Assembly: GCF_009914755.1 (NCBI RefSeq)
Contig: NC_060935.1
Length of the DNA stretch: 64,000 nucleotides
Source of the DNA: the human T2T-CHM13v2.0 reference genome, Homo sapiens
Reading direction: 5' to 3' (one strand)
This document shows positions 12,795-26,934 of this stretch, piece after piece. The translations under genes were made by a program, and so were the position numbers. The notes under the pieces are model-generated. The model was not told the DNA's origin, did not search any database, and saw nothing but the letters and a program-made list of their open reading frames with translations. Each line of letters opens with the position of its first letter. The stretch's first letter is position 1.

Positions 12795-14372
12795 TGTATT
12801 AGTTTTCTATTACTGCTGTAAAAAATCACCACAAACAGTAGCTGCAAACAACACAGGTTTGGTATCTTACAGTTGCGGAGTCCAGAAGCTTGAAATTAGT
12901 TTCATGGGACTAAAATCAAGATGCTTATTTCTTTTTGCATTTTACAGACCCCTCGCCTAAAGTCCATCCTCAGAACCCAGGTAAAAAACCCTTGATTCTA
13001 TGGGAGGAATTAAGCAATGAATCTCTAAGCATCGCTGCTAGTGCTCTGCAGAGCTACCAGAAAGAGGAATGGCTCAGGCCGGGTCAGTCCACATCACCAA
13101 GTTTACCAACCGATTCCAGCCACTCACTTACACCACTTACTCTCAGCTGCTGCTTTCAGCTTCGATACTTCCCCAGTGCCTGCGTTGCTGATCTTTCCTC
13201 AGTACCTCACAGATATCTGAGGGCTGTATTCTTTTCAAGATTCTGGAAGAGTATCTGTTTCTTTGCCTTTTTCAGCTTCTAGAGGCTGCCCATGTTCTGT
13301 GACGACCGCCGCTTCCTCCATCGCCAAGCCAGCAGCATAGCATCTTCAGACCTCCGTCTGATCATGACCCCTGCCTCTGTCACTTTATCTGCTTCTCTCC
13401 ATCTATTCCTTTCTTTCGCATTTTACTATAAGTAGCCAAAAGAAATGAGGGTGCACTTTGAACACTTTGCTAGGAAATCTCAGACAAATATTCAAGCTCA
13501 TTGCTTACAAGTTCTGCTGTCCAATTAACGGCGTGACACAATTCTGCCAAGTTTTCTGCCACTATATAATGAGAATTCCCTTTCCTCTAGTTTCCAGGAA
13601 CAAGTTCCTCATTTCCTCCTGAGCCCTCACCAGCAGCACTTTAATGTTTATAATTCTACTAACATTATGTTAATGAAGATTGAGGTATTCTCTACAACAA
13701 CATACATTTTCTCTAACGTGCCCCCCACCTCTTTCAGAACCCTTGGCAGCAGAACCTTTAACATCCATATTTCGATTAACAGGCTGATCAAGTTTATATA
13801 AGCCTTTTTCTTGTGTTCCTTAAAATTTTTCCACTCTGTGCCCACTGTCCAATTCCAAAGCAACATTCACACTTTTAGGTATTTGTCGCAGCAGAACTTC
13901 ACTTCCAGGTACCGAAAATCTGTATTAATTCCTGATGCTGGTGTAACAAGTTGCTATAAACGTAATAGCTTAAAACAATACGGATTTATGAACTTAAAGT
14001 TCTGGAGATCAAAGTCTTAAAATCAAAGTGCGGGTGGGTTGCCTTCCTTCTGGAAGCTCTAAGGAGTGAATCTGTTTCCTTGCCTTGTCCCTGCTTCTGG
14101 GGGCCACCTGCGTTCCTTGGCTCATGGCCTTTCTTGAATCACTCTACCCTCTGCTTTGTCATCACACCTCCTACTCTGATACACCTTTCTGCCTCTTATA
14201 AAGACCCCTTGTGATTATATAGGGTTCATTTGGATGGTCAAATATAATCTTTCCATCTCAGGATCTTTAATCCTATCTGCTTTATACCTTTTGCCATGTA
14301 AGGTAATATAGTCACAGACTCCAGGGATTAGGTGGTGAACATCTTTAGGAGGCCATTATTCTGTCTATTGTA
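12795..14372 (-). mobile_element. Deleted MLT1 (MaLR) provirus: partial LTR 12795-13385 (with foreign insertion 12924-13221), internal segment, LTR 13921-14372
   Basis: Two tgtatta...ctaaaatcaag LTR starts and a MLT1-type end ggccattattctg. Confidence 0.75.
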
Positions 14373-14549
14373 CCTGCTTCTCGGGCTTTTGTTTGATTGG
14401 TGGCCAGTGCTAAAATAACTCTAAGTAAAATAGGAGTAAGGAGGTCATCCTTAAATACTTAAACATGGTGCATCAGTCACTGTCCAGCTGGAAGACAGAA
14501 ATCACACCAGTAATTAGAACAGGTTAAAATTAATATAAAGGTTTATTAA

Positions 14550-14926
<377 letters not shown>

Positions 14927-15879
14927 CTTAACAGAGAATTCTAAGGAACACAGAAATAGCAATGCAGAAAGCAGATGCTATCCTAGGGCAAAGGGAAAGG
15001 ACCAGGGGACTAGTAACTTAATGAACCCCTTGAGGGCCGACATACACACCTTATTGGAGAGGGCACAACTACCACAAGATACACAGCATACTGGTTGCCT
15101 AAAACTTCCTAGAGGGTATGAGTTGGGGCTGACCATTTGTGGCGGGAAAATTACAGGGTGACAGCTGGTTTGCCAGGACTGCTTAGGTGAGTGCCACTGG
15201 GCCAAGTATATCTGATCTCGTCCCTTCTCTACCCTCTATCGACCAAAATGTGTAATGTCACACCAGCTGGCAAAGGAGAAATGTTTTCAGGGTCCAGCTC
15301 CAGTGTCATGAAGTGGACAAAAAAGGATGTCTTTGGAACTGAAGGCAATAAATTGGTAAATGACACACATGCAAAGACTGTTATTTCAAATCATCAAAAT
15401 ATCAGAGCCTTTTTCTGTTAAATTAGAAATCAGACAAGATTACTAGCTATCTTCGCTATTAATCAAGACTAGAAAGTTTTTACAAATGTGGTAAGATAAG
15501 AAAATGAAATAATTGGTATATGTCTTCCCTAAAAATAGATAAAATTATCTTTATTTTAAGAAGGTATGATTATGTACCTAGGAAGCCAACACAGTCTACT
15601 GAAAACAAACAAAACAGCCTACTGGAATTGATAAGAAAATTTAGTAGGGTGTATAGGTAAAATTTTAAAAATTTTTATATACTTCTTTTTATCTGCATAA
15701 CACCATGCTACTGTTCAGCAGAAACAGCAAAGTAGAATTATGACCCACTTCTTCCTCAACAAACCTCAAAAACTTAAAATAAGGAAATTATCAATATAAT
15801 TTTAAAATAAACATTTTAAAAAATGGAATTGTGTAAAACATGGAAACGTGAAAAGATGGAATTGGAGGTAGAAAGAGTA

Positions 15880-16240
15880 CCACCATGGAGAAATCTGACA
15901 TATACCACCTCAGCCAGGTGATCAACGTCAATATCAAGAAAGTCATAATGATACGATATACCCTTCATATGTTCTGGTGAAAATGATACTTTACTTCCTC
16001 CCAAGATAAAACCCCAGTCTAATTATGAGAAAAATATCAGACAAATCCCAACTGAGGGACATTCTAAATAAAGTACCTAACCAGCACTCCTCAAAAAGAA
16101 CAGCCAAGAGGAGCCTAAGGAGACGTGACAACTAAATGTAATGTGGTATTCTAGATGGGATCCGGATGCAGAAAAAGGACATTTGATAAAAACTAAAAAC
16201 ATTCAAAGAAAGTATGGACTTTAGTTAATAAGAACGTATC
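15880..16240 (+). mobile_element. L1MC-like 3' fragment
   Basis: Same family motifs as 6210-7290. Confidence 0.55.
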
Positions 16241-16241
16241 A

Positions 16242-16622
<381 letters not shown>

Positions 16623-16749
16623 TTAAAATTACAGAAATTAAAACAGTACAGTATTGGCATTAAACAAAAATTTAGTTAGAAAAGAAAGCATATTCAACTA
16701 TATGCAGAAAAAATATAACAATGAAATTTAATAATTCAAAATTAAATTG

Positions 16750-16993
16750 TTTTTGCATAAAGTATGAACGGGGTCTAATTTTGTGTTCTTTTACATTTAT
16801 TGCCAATTATTAACCAAAGTTTATTAAATTACTTTTTAATAAATACATTTAGTTTATGTAATTAGATTTTAATACCACATTTAATTAAATTTTATTTAAT
16901 AAATAATACATTTAATTTAATTTTAATAAACTTTAGTTAATTTAATAATTGGCAATAAACATGAACACAAAATTAGACCCCATTATGCAAAAA
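16750..16993. repeat. AT-rich imperfect palindrome (fold-back inverted repeat)
   Basis: Perfect arms 16770-16788/16963-16981 (19 bp), 16796-16813/16942-16959 (18 bp), 16750-16760/16983-16993 (11 bp). Confidence 0.9.
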
Positions 16994-17612
16994 TAGAATT
17001 TAAAAAATCTTTACTATTAAAATAACAGAATTAGAAGAAGTATTAAGAGTTCATTTGTATAAAGGAGAGAGTCTTAATCAAGAAACTAAAAATTAAAAAA
17101 GACAATGACATAAAAATTGTAAAGTTAATATAAAAAATTATGTCATAAAGGAGAGATATGTTTTAGAATGGAAAAAAAGTATTTGTTAACACTTATAAGA
17201 GACCGAGATGATATCCTTAATATACAAAACACTCTTTTAAATTAACAGGAAAAATAACATAATGAAAATAAAGCCAAGAGACACCGAGGATCCATTTAAA
17301 GGACAGGAAATATACATAACATTCAAACAGATTTTAGGTTCACTAATGAAAATGCAAATTAAAATGACAATACCATTTTTCACCTGGATGATTACCAGGA
17401 CTATAGTGATGACATCTAGTTCTGTGGAGGTGGCAGGGAAATGTGAATTATGTGTAAATTACTTCAACATTTTGATCTAAAATATTTAACAAAATTTAAT
17501 AAATTAAAAATGCTCATAATTGGAATACTGGACCGCATTAATCCAATTTTGGGGAACGTGTATTACAAAAATATAAGCACTAGTATAAAGACATAAATTC
17601 AAAAATGTGTAA

Positions 17613-17981
<369 letters not shown>

Positions 17982-19261
17982 TAAGCAACAAGTATACAAA
18001 AGATGCAGTATTCTTAATTTCCAGAGCTACGTTTAAGTTCAAACCTTAAGTCTCTGTCTTGCTTTCTCAAAGACAATTTGATTTAGATGCTTTCAATAAA
18101 TTCAGTCCAATTAAACATTTAAAAAATATATTCAATATAATTACCTGTTTTTTATTCTCAAGTGGTGGGATTTTAGCTGAGTCTTGAAGGAAGAGATAGA
18201 ACTAGGATCAGCAAAGAGAAGATGAATGAGTGTGTGTGTGTGTTTGTGTGTATGTGTTTTTTGAGGAAACGAGAGGCAAATCCCATTGATTAAACAATGA
18301 TAGTACCAAACTGATGGTAAAATTGAAACAAAGATTATCCCAGCTGGTCAAGATAACTCTTTCTTCTCCAACTGGTTTTGAACACCTCCTCCCTTATTTT
18401 TATTGCTGCAGCAATTGTGGCTTTCCTGAATGGGTTAGGACAGACAAGCAGACCACACTAGCCTCTGGCTGCTGAGAGATACATCATATCCCCAGGGGAT
18501 GTGATACCTTGCGGAAGTTTGATGTGCTTATTTCTCCAAGTATGTAGTTCCATTTTCTTCCTGCCCAAGACTAAGACACAGTAGGTAAATATTTTTTATT
18601 TTATGTAGAAACCCCTAAATTTATGTAGTGTTTTAATTTTACAAGTTAAAATTCATATATGTTCACTTTTAAAGTCTTTCTCCAAGTCTTGCAAGATAGG
18701 AAATATAATCATCTCATTAAGGTATGGCCATGAAGACTTGTAGCTGTTTAATGATTACCTAAGGTCACATGGCTAGTATGTGGTAGAGCTGGGATTTTGC
18801 ACTTAGGTAATTTTAAGGCAACTTCCATACTCTTTTCACTAAACCAATGTTTCGCAATTTCAGGTGTTATGTATCACCTATACAATTTTTGCTATGTCCA
18901 GATACAACCTTTATACTATTTGCTTAAAACAGTCAACTAAAATCTAGGACTGCTACTCATTTTTAGTTTTGTCATAGCAATATTTATAAAATATGGTTTT
19001 GATATGCTGGCTATTTTTTCCTAATGTATGTTAAAAATAAATACATAACTATGAAGTCTGTTTAAGAGAGCAATATTACCTTAACAAAATGCCTCTTAAA
19101 ATGGAAGCTTTGAGTTGAATTTTCTTAGTAATTATGAAACTTGAATAATGAACATAGTGGAGAATGCCTGCAGATCAACTTGCCTCTACTTTGCCTGTTA
19201 CAATTGTGGGTAGGAGTAGGAGAGGCAGAAAGAATAAAAATTCTAGATTAAGCCTGGTAAG

Positions 19262-19988
<727 letters not shown>

Positions 19989-20899
19989 GTAATTGTGGGG
20001 GGCCACAGCATTGGAAGTTCCTAAGCTCTTCTGCTCTGTAGCTGGGTGTGGTAGAGAATTGGTTATTTGATGGTGTTCTCAATGTTTTCTTTTTCTCTCT
20101 CAGTAATAGAAACTTTGATTTTTAGCTGGAGACATAGCAGCTCAGAATAATGGTTACATTTCTTAGTCTCCTTTGGTGTTAAATGGGGCCATGTGAATAA
20201 GTTCCAACAAATGAGTTAAGAGAATAAACATGTACAAACTTCCTTTTTGGTTGTTGGAGATAGAATACAAGTATGCTCCATCCTGCTGCTTGGAAGATGA
20301 ATGATTTCATACCACAAAGACAGGTGCATTCTGTAGATTTGCTAAAGCAACAAACTAGAAGTCTGGTTCCCTGAATGATTTCATGGAGCAGAACTGCCAT
20401 ACTTCTAGACCATCTGCTTGTTATATGAAAAAGAAACTTCTATTATATTTACAATCCCTGTTTTCTGTAGTACATTTGATTTACGTAAATCATGCTCTTG
20501 GAAGCAGGGATGTCTACAAAAAGGGATGCAAGGGCCATAAACCGAGGGGCTTTCCTGAGAGCTTTACATAAAGCCAAGATAGCTGTCAAGGGGATTGCTT
20601 GGAAGTAGGTGTGATTGGTGGCTTAGCCTGGGGGAGTTAGTTGCTAGCAAGTATAATCTCACAGGTAAGGAGGAACTGTGTCCTTTTGGTGAGTATACAT
20701 GACTTCAGTGGGTGTTAAATTCAGGAACTGGACCCTGAATCTTCTCCCCTTCAAGAGTCTGCATAGCCCCCTGCACTGTCATTCCACTGAAGTGTAGAAT
20801 ACCTGGTTTGCATCTATTCATGATCTATTTGTGTTCTACTAGACTGTGAGTTCCACACAGCCACATACTATGGGCCCAGGGAAGGAGCTCTATCCAGGG

Positions 20900-21350
20900 C
20901 AGGAGCTCTATATAAATTGCCTACTCAAAATCTCATCCTCCCTCCTTCCTTAAAGGAAACTTAGATTTTGTTTAGGGCAACTATTTGCCCTTTATTTCTC
21001 AGATAGCCTCCTTTGCAATATGGGGCCAATCTGATACAGTTCCTGCTAGTGAGATGTAAGTGAAAGTCCTAAAAGGGAAGTTACTGGGAAAGTTTTGTTT
21101 TCTTGTAATAAGTGCTACCCCACCCATTTTTTGTGACTTCCCTTTTATTATTCCTGCCTGTAAAAGGGATGAAAAGCTGAGGGTAGAGGTACCATTCTGT
21201 GGCCACAAAATGAAAGCAAGAAGGATCTTGGAACATTGATATCATCACAGAATCTGGACTGGCTAACTCCAAATTGCTTGTTTTGTGAGGAAGAACCCTT
21301 GTTTGGTTAAGTTCTGTAATAGTGTTTCTTTTATAGTTAGCCAAATGAAA
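20900..21350 (+). mobile_element. Old MLT1J/K-like LTR (similar relic at ~20050-20470)
   Basis: agcctcctttgcaa...agttcctgctagtgagatgtaagtgaaagtc motif. Confidence 0.5.
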
Positions 21351-22352
21351 TACCTTGCTTCCTCCTCACTTTATTAAACCAAACCGTTTGCAGAACCAAA
21401 AAATATCAATCATCAGAGAAATGCCACACTTAACATATGTGGTGACTGAGTACTGCTAATTTCACCTGTCTTTCAAGGAACCAGAACTCTGATATAAAAC
21501 TATGTTTGTGAGATGTGACTCATTAGTATATGATTTATAAATGTACACATTTTAGACCTCCACTGGGTCGTGTTGCACCCCATTTATATGTTCACTGTTT
21601 GAAATCACAGATTTAAAAAATGTTTAATCTTAATATGTTGTGTGATAGTTTTGTTCATAATTCCATGAGAATATATCTGTTTAAAAAGGTATTCATTATA
21701 GCAAATGGCCTATAGCAACACAGTTCATCTAGATACAGTGCATTCTATGTAATAAATGCTTTCTCTGTACCTATCTACAAATACTTTGCAGAAGGCTAGT
21801 CTGCTTCAGATGGACAAGATGGGACTGTGGGTGGAAAGTCAAAGGAAAACACTGAATTAAGAAAAAGTAGACTTGGGGGACAGTAAGAACGAGGAAGAAG
21901 AAAGAGAACACTTAGGGGAAACAGTGACAGAGATGAAGGGCCCTGCAGGAGGCCCCTAAACAGGAGATGCAGCCACGGAGCCAGAGACTGTTATAAAATG
22001 TCAAACACACATGGAGGCTCCAAATGAACAAGAGACCTTTTCAAGTCACAACACCAGTGAATGTCACAGTTGGGTCTGGAATCCTTCCTCCCAGCTCCCA
22101 GTCCACTGTTGCTCTCTGCAGTTGTGTAAAGCCTGGATTCATTTCTTATCAGGGAAGGCATACATTTCTCATTATCTTTATATAACATTTCAATTTATGA
22201 ATTTCTGAATATGAATTGTATTCCAGGATAGGTGCTTATTCCTGTGGACATTTTGTTCTTATTGCTTCACTGGTCAATAGGAATTAGAGTTTAATGCAAA
22301 CAGGGCTGGTCTTAAGAGTCAGGAAACCTGACTTGGATTGGAATCCTGGTTA

Positions 22353-22505
22353 AGCCATAGAGCTAACTAGGTCTCAAGGCTGCAAGCCTCAGTCTCCCCA
22401 TCAGAAAATAGAGATAAATATCTAACAGTTTTTAGCCACAGACCTAACCAGGTCTCACACCTGCAAGCCTCGGTTTCCCCGTCAGAAAATAGAGATAAAT
22501 ATCTA
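22353..22505. repeat. Tandem duplication, 72-bp unit, 81-bp period, MIR-derived
   Basis: 22353-22424 vs 22434-22505, 9 mismatches. Confidence 0.85.
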
Positions 22506-25117
22506 TCTGTTTGTTATAAAGCTTTTTATAAAACAATGCACTTATTTTCCCACAACTTTACTTCCCAGCAAAATTGATGAGTTGAAAGATAGAAGCATCA
22601 GACAGCGTTGTAGCCAAGGCAACGTGAGTCAGCAGGGGTCCCACACTTGGAATGCCTACTGGGTTAGTCAGGTAATACAAATGTGTGAAGAGGGCCAAGT
22701 GAAGCCGTGATGAGTTGTGCAGTGCTAGACCTGAAAAGGCACAGACCTATTAAGCTCCAACTGATTGTTGTCATACAAAAATCTAGGCTTAGATTTTCCC
22801 ATTTTTAAAGAGATGATAGAAATCTGGGTGTTCATGTGTCTCCCTTGCTTTAAAAATGTCAGCAAATATTTCAGAATGTTAAAAGACTTGTTGGATCCAA
22901 CATGATTCTGGATGTAGCCAGTGGACTACCAGTTTATGATCTTTGGGTTCCAGTGAATTTTATGGGGAGTGGTGATAGTGATTAATTTTTCTTTTTTTGT
23001 GTTTTCCTTTTTGTTTCGTTTGGCTGAGGAATGGGTCCTCTTGAATGAGGAAACTGTTACAAATATCTGAGGCCCTTGTCATCAATATATCTGCCTCATT
23101 TACCACAGAAGTAAACAGAATCCATTAAAAAAAATCATACAAATCCACAAACTTTCTTCCTGGCAGAGTCTTGAACACAGACAGCTGCTAAACAACCAGG
23201 AGCGCTCAGCAGAATTTAAAGGTGTTGAGAGGAAGTTGCATTATTTTGTTGGAACAATGAGTGAGCAGGGGAAATATTGGCTTCATGTGTGGAGAAGGGA
23301 AGAATGGATGTGACCGGGAAATGGCCAAGAACCTGAATATTTAAAAGAGGTCTTCTAAAATAGACTCATTTGGGCATTAGAAACAAAACTTGAATTTTTT
23401 ATCGAGTGCTTAGTCTGAGATCCTCAGATTTAGGATCTGCTGGTATCAATGTGAAATTCACTTCATCTAAATCTTATTAACAGAACCCTTTGACTGTAAT
23501 CTCTGTTTTTAGTTTTGGAGCATCATCCATGGGCCGTGAGAGTTTTCTCCGCTGCTGCTTTGTTGTAGCAGAGAGGCCACATCCTTATGCTGAGGTGGAA
23601 CTTGGCAAATGCTTCTTGAAACATCAACTAAATCTATTAGCATCAACCTCTGAGTCCAAATTCGTCATGGTCCGGAACTGCTTGTTTTGGAGTAGGATTA
23701 GAGCAGTTATGGGCTAGAAAGCAGCTACCGCAAAGAGGAGGAATCAGCCCTATTAGGTTCTTACTGTCCTAGACCCTATGCCAGTTGTTCTCCTTTGGTA
23801 ATTTCATTTCAGGTGGTAGATTTCTGGGAGCCTTTTGACTCAAGAAGGTCTGTGTATAAGCCGCTTGTCTTTTCCTCATACAACAACAATAGGAGAAAGG
23901 CTGCAACTAAAAAAGAAAAGAATAGAAATAACAGAAAAAACCTTTATTATATTTTCTGTATCTATAAAGAACTTTATGGCTTTACCTTTCCATGGACTTC
24001 TCCTGCTTGAATATTTTTCATTTTCTAAGAGTCAGCCTGAATTGAGGGTTTTGCCATATGGCATTAGATTATTTTACAGGGGCATATAGAGTAGTGGTTA
24101 AACTCAGAATTGTGCTTTCTGGATTAAAATCTGGATTGTTTTAAATGTCAGTTTTCTAATCTGTAACATGCGGATATAATATGATAGCTCATAGATAATT
24201 AGTATTACATGAAATAGTCCTGAGTCAATAGCAGCTGATAGTATTATTTGTTCCCTATCTGACCCCTGAAAAATAGATGTTGTCCAAATGTTACAGGTGT
24301 AGAAACAATGTAAGGAACTGCAATAACGAAAAAGTACAAATTCTTAAAAGCCCTTTATTTATTTTTCAGAAATAGTAAAACTCTATTGGGAAGTTATAGC
24401 TTCTCATTGCTTCTTCTTTTAGCCCTAGGTAAGGAATAGAGTTTGTACCAAGACTTGATAATTTTCATGTTCATTATGATACTGGAACTACATGAATAGT
24501 ATGCTAAGTCTCTTGGTTGTATCAAGTGATTTGGCTAAAAAATATAAGCTCAATAGCTGTACATTCTCAGGTGCAGGATTAAAAACCACTAAATGAGATA
24601 TTGGTAGCAGTGCTGCATAGAATAGCAATGATGAATAAATGGCTTCAAATATCAGATTTCAAAACTTTAATGGGCAAAGAAAACACTATTAGATATACTT
24701 CTTTAAAGGTTTTTATGTATTTTTAAAAATTATATGAAACAATAGCCATTAAGGTTCTGTAATAGGCAGCCTAACTGGCAGCCAGTGTCTCCAGAACAGT
24801 TCAGATAATTATTGTTTTCCAAACTGACCTAAAGAGGAAGAGTCAAGACTAATCCAACAAGCAAATGTAGGGCTAAAGAGAGGGGGGGAAATGGGCCAGG
24901 GGAGTGGCTGAGACCACGTTTCCTTCCCTAGCTCAGCCAGTTACCCTTTGACGAATGTAATACCTCTGAGCTTCATTTTCTCCTCCTCAAAAATGCAGTG
25001 GTAATAAATGCCTATTTTCTATCAGGGATGCTTTTCCAGATGAGATAATGCATATGAAATGGTCTATGTAGAATATTTTCAAATGCTGGGGATCATTACA
25101 AATACATGGAATTATTA

Positions 25118-26004
25118 TTATTTTGTATTTTACTTTAACTTCTGGGATACATGTGCAGAACATGCAGGTTTGTGACGTTGGTATACATGTGCCATGGTGG
25201 TATGCTGCACCTATCAACCTGTCATCTAGGTCTTAAGCCCCTTATGCATTAGGTATTTGTCCTAATGTTCTCCCTCCTCTTGCTTCCACCCCCAACAGGC
25301 CCTGGTATGTGATGTCACCCTCACTGTGTCCATGTGTTCTCATTGTTCAACTCCCACTTATGAGTGAGAACATGTGGTGTTTGGTTTTCTGTTCCTGTGT
25401 TAGTTTGCTGAGAATGATGGCTTCCAGTTTCATCCATGTCCCTGCAAAGGACATGAACTCATCCTTTTTTATGGCTGCATAGTATTCCATGGTGTATATG
25501 TACCACATTTTCTTTATCCAGTCTCTCATTGATGGACATTTGGGTTGGTTCCAAGTCTTTGCTATTGTAAATAGTGCAGAAATAAACATATGTGTGCATG
25601 TGTCTTTATAGTAGCATGACTTACAATCTTTTGGGTATATACCCAGTAATGGGATTGCTGGGTCAAATGGTGTTTCTGGTTCTAGATCCTTGAGGAACCG
25701 CCACACTGTTTTCCACAATGGTTGAACTAATTTACACTCCAACCAACAGTGTAAAAGCGTTCCTATTTCTCCACAGCCTCACCAGCATCTGTTGTTTTCT
25801 AACTTTTTAATAATCGCCATTCTGACTGGCATGAGAATGTATCTCATTGTGGTTTTGATTTGCATTTCTCTAATGACCAGTGATGATGAGCTTTTTTTTT
25901 CATATGTTTGTTTGCTGCCTAAATGTCTTCTTTTGAGAAGTGTCTGTTCATATCCTTCACCCACTTTTTTGATGGGGTTGTTTTTTTCTTGTAAATTTAA
26001 GTTT
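25118..26004 (-). mobile_element. 5'-truncated L1PA (ORF2 C-terminus + 3'UTR)
   Basis: ORF 25347-25742 = L1 ORF2 end (...WIKKMWYIYTMEYYAAIKK...). TSD aca(t/a)ggaattatta at 25104-25117 and 26005-26018. Confidence 0.93.
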
Positions 26005-26306
26005 ACAAGGAATTATTAATAGTTCAGCTGTAGTTTGAAAAAAGTGAAAAAGGCATTCTAAGTTAATAGTGTAAGAGTCCATAGACATGATTTAGGGACC
26101 TAAGCTGGATTACACTTTCTATTTCATTGTAAGACTTAATACCTATTTTGTTTTTATTTCTGATGTATAAAGCCTCAAAAGTATCTGAGCCTTGTTATAC
26201 ATGTAACAGTAATCCTATAGGAAATATAACATTAACTGATAAGTATGAGGTGGGAAGAAACATCTGAAAATATTGGATTACAATTTCCTTAAATTCTTAC
26301 TCAAAC

Positions 26307-26934
26307 TGTTAGAGCCATTTGAACCAGAGTGACTCCAGCTTGAATAGGGGCTGGGTAAAATAAGGCTGAGACCTATTGGGCTGCATTCCCAGGAAATTAG
26401 GCATTCTAAGCCACAGGATGAGGTAGGAGGTGGGCACAAGATAGAGGTCACAAATACCTTGCTGATAAAACAGGTTGCAGTAAAGAAGCAGATCAAAAAT
26501 CACCAAAACCAAGATGGCCAGGAAAGTGACCTCTGGTTGTCCTCACTGCTCATTATACACTAATTATAATACATTCATGCTAAAAGACACTCCCACCAGG
26601 TCTATGCCAGTTTACAGATGCCATGGCAATGTCAGGAAGTTACCCTATATGGTCAAAAAGGGGAGGAATCCTTAGTTCTGGGAATTACCCACCCTTTTCC
26701 CAGAAAACTCATGAATAACACACCCCTTGTTTAGCATATAATCAAGAAATAGCCATAAAAATGGGCAACAAGCAGCCCGCAGGGCTGCTCTGCCTATGGA
26801 GTAGCCATTCTTTATTCCTTTGCTTTTTTAATAAACTTGCTTTCACTTTACTCTGAACTCACCCTGAATTATTTCTTACGTGAGATCTAAGAAACCTTTC
26901 TTGGGGTCTAGATTGGGACTCCTTCCCGGTAACA
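26307..26934 (+). mobile_element. MER41B solo LTR (ERV1)
   Basis: TG...CA termini, 4-bp TSD AAAC, tttgaaccagag...gaataggggctgggtaaaataaggctgagacc start, tandem GAS sites. Confidence 0.88.

Noticed and set aside
12948-12980. 33-nt micro-exon-like segment (tttacag|...CAG|gtaaaa)
   Set aside because: Lies within the inverted insertion in an LTR; splice-like sites probably coincidental.
25347-25742. 131-aa ORF
   Set aside because: L1 ORF2 C-terminal remnant of a truncated element.
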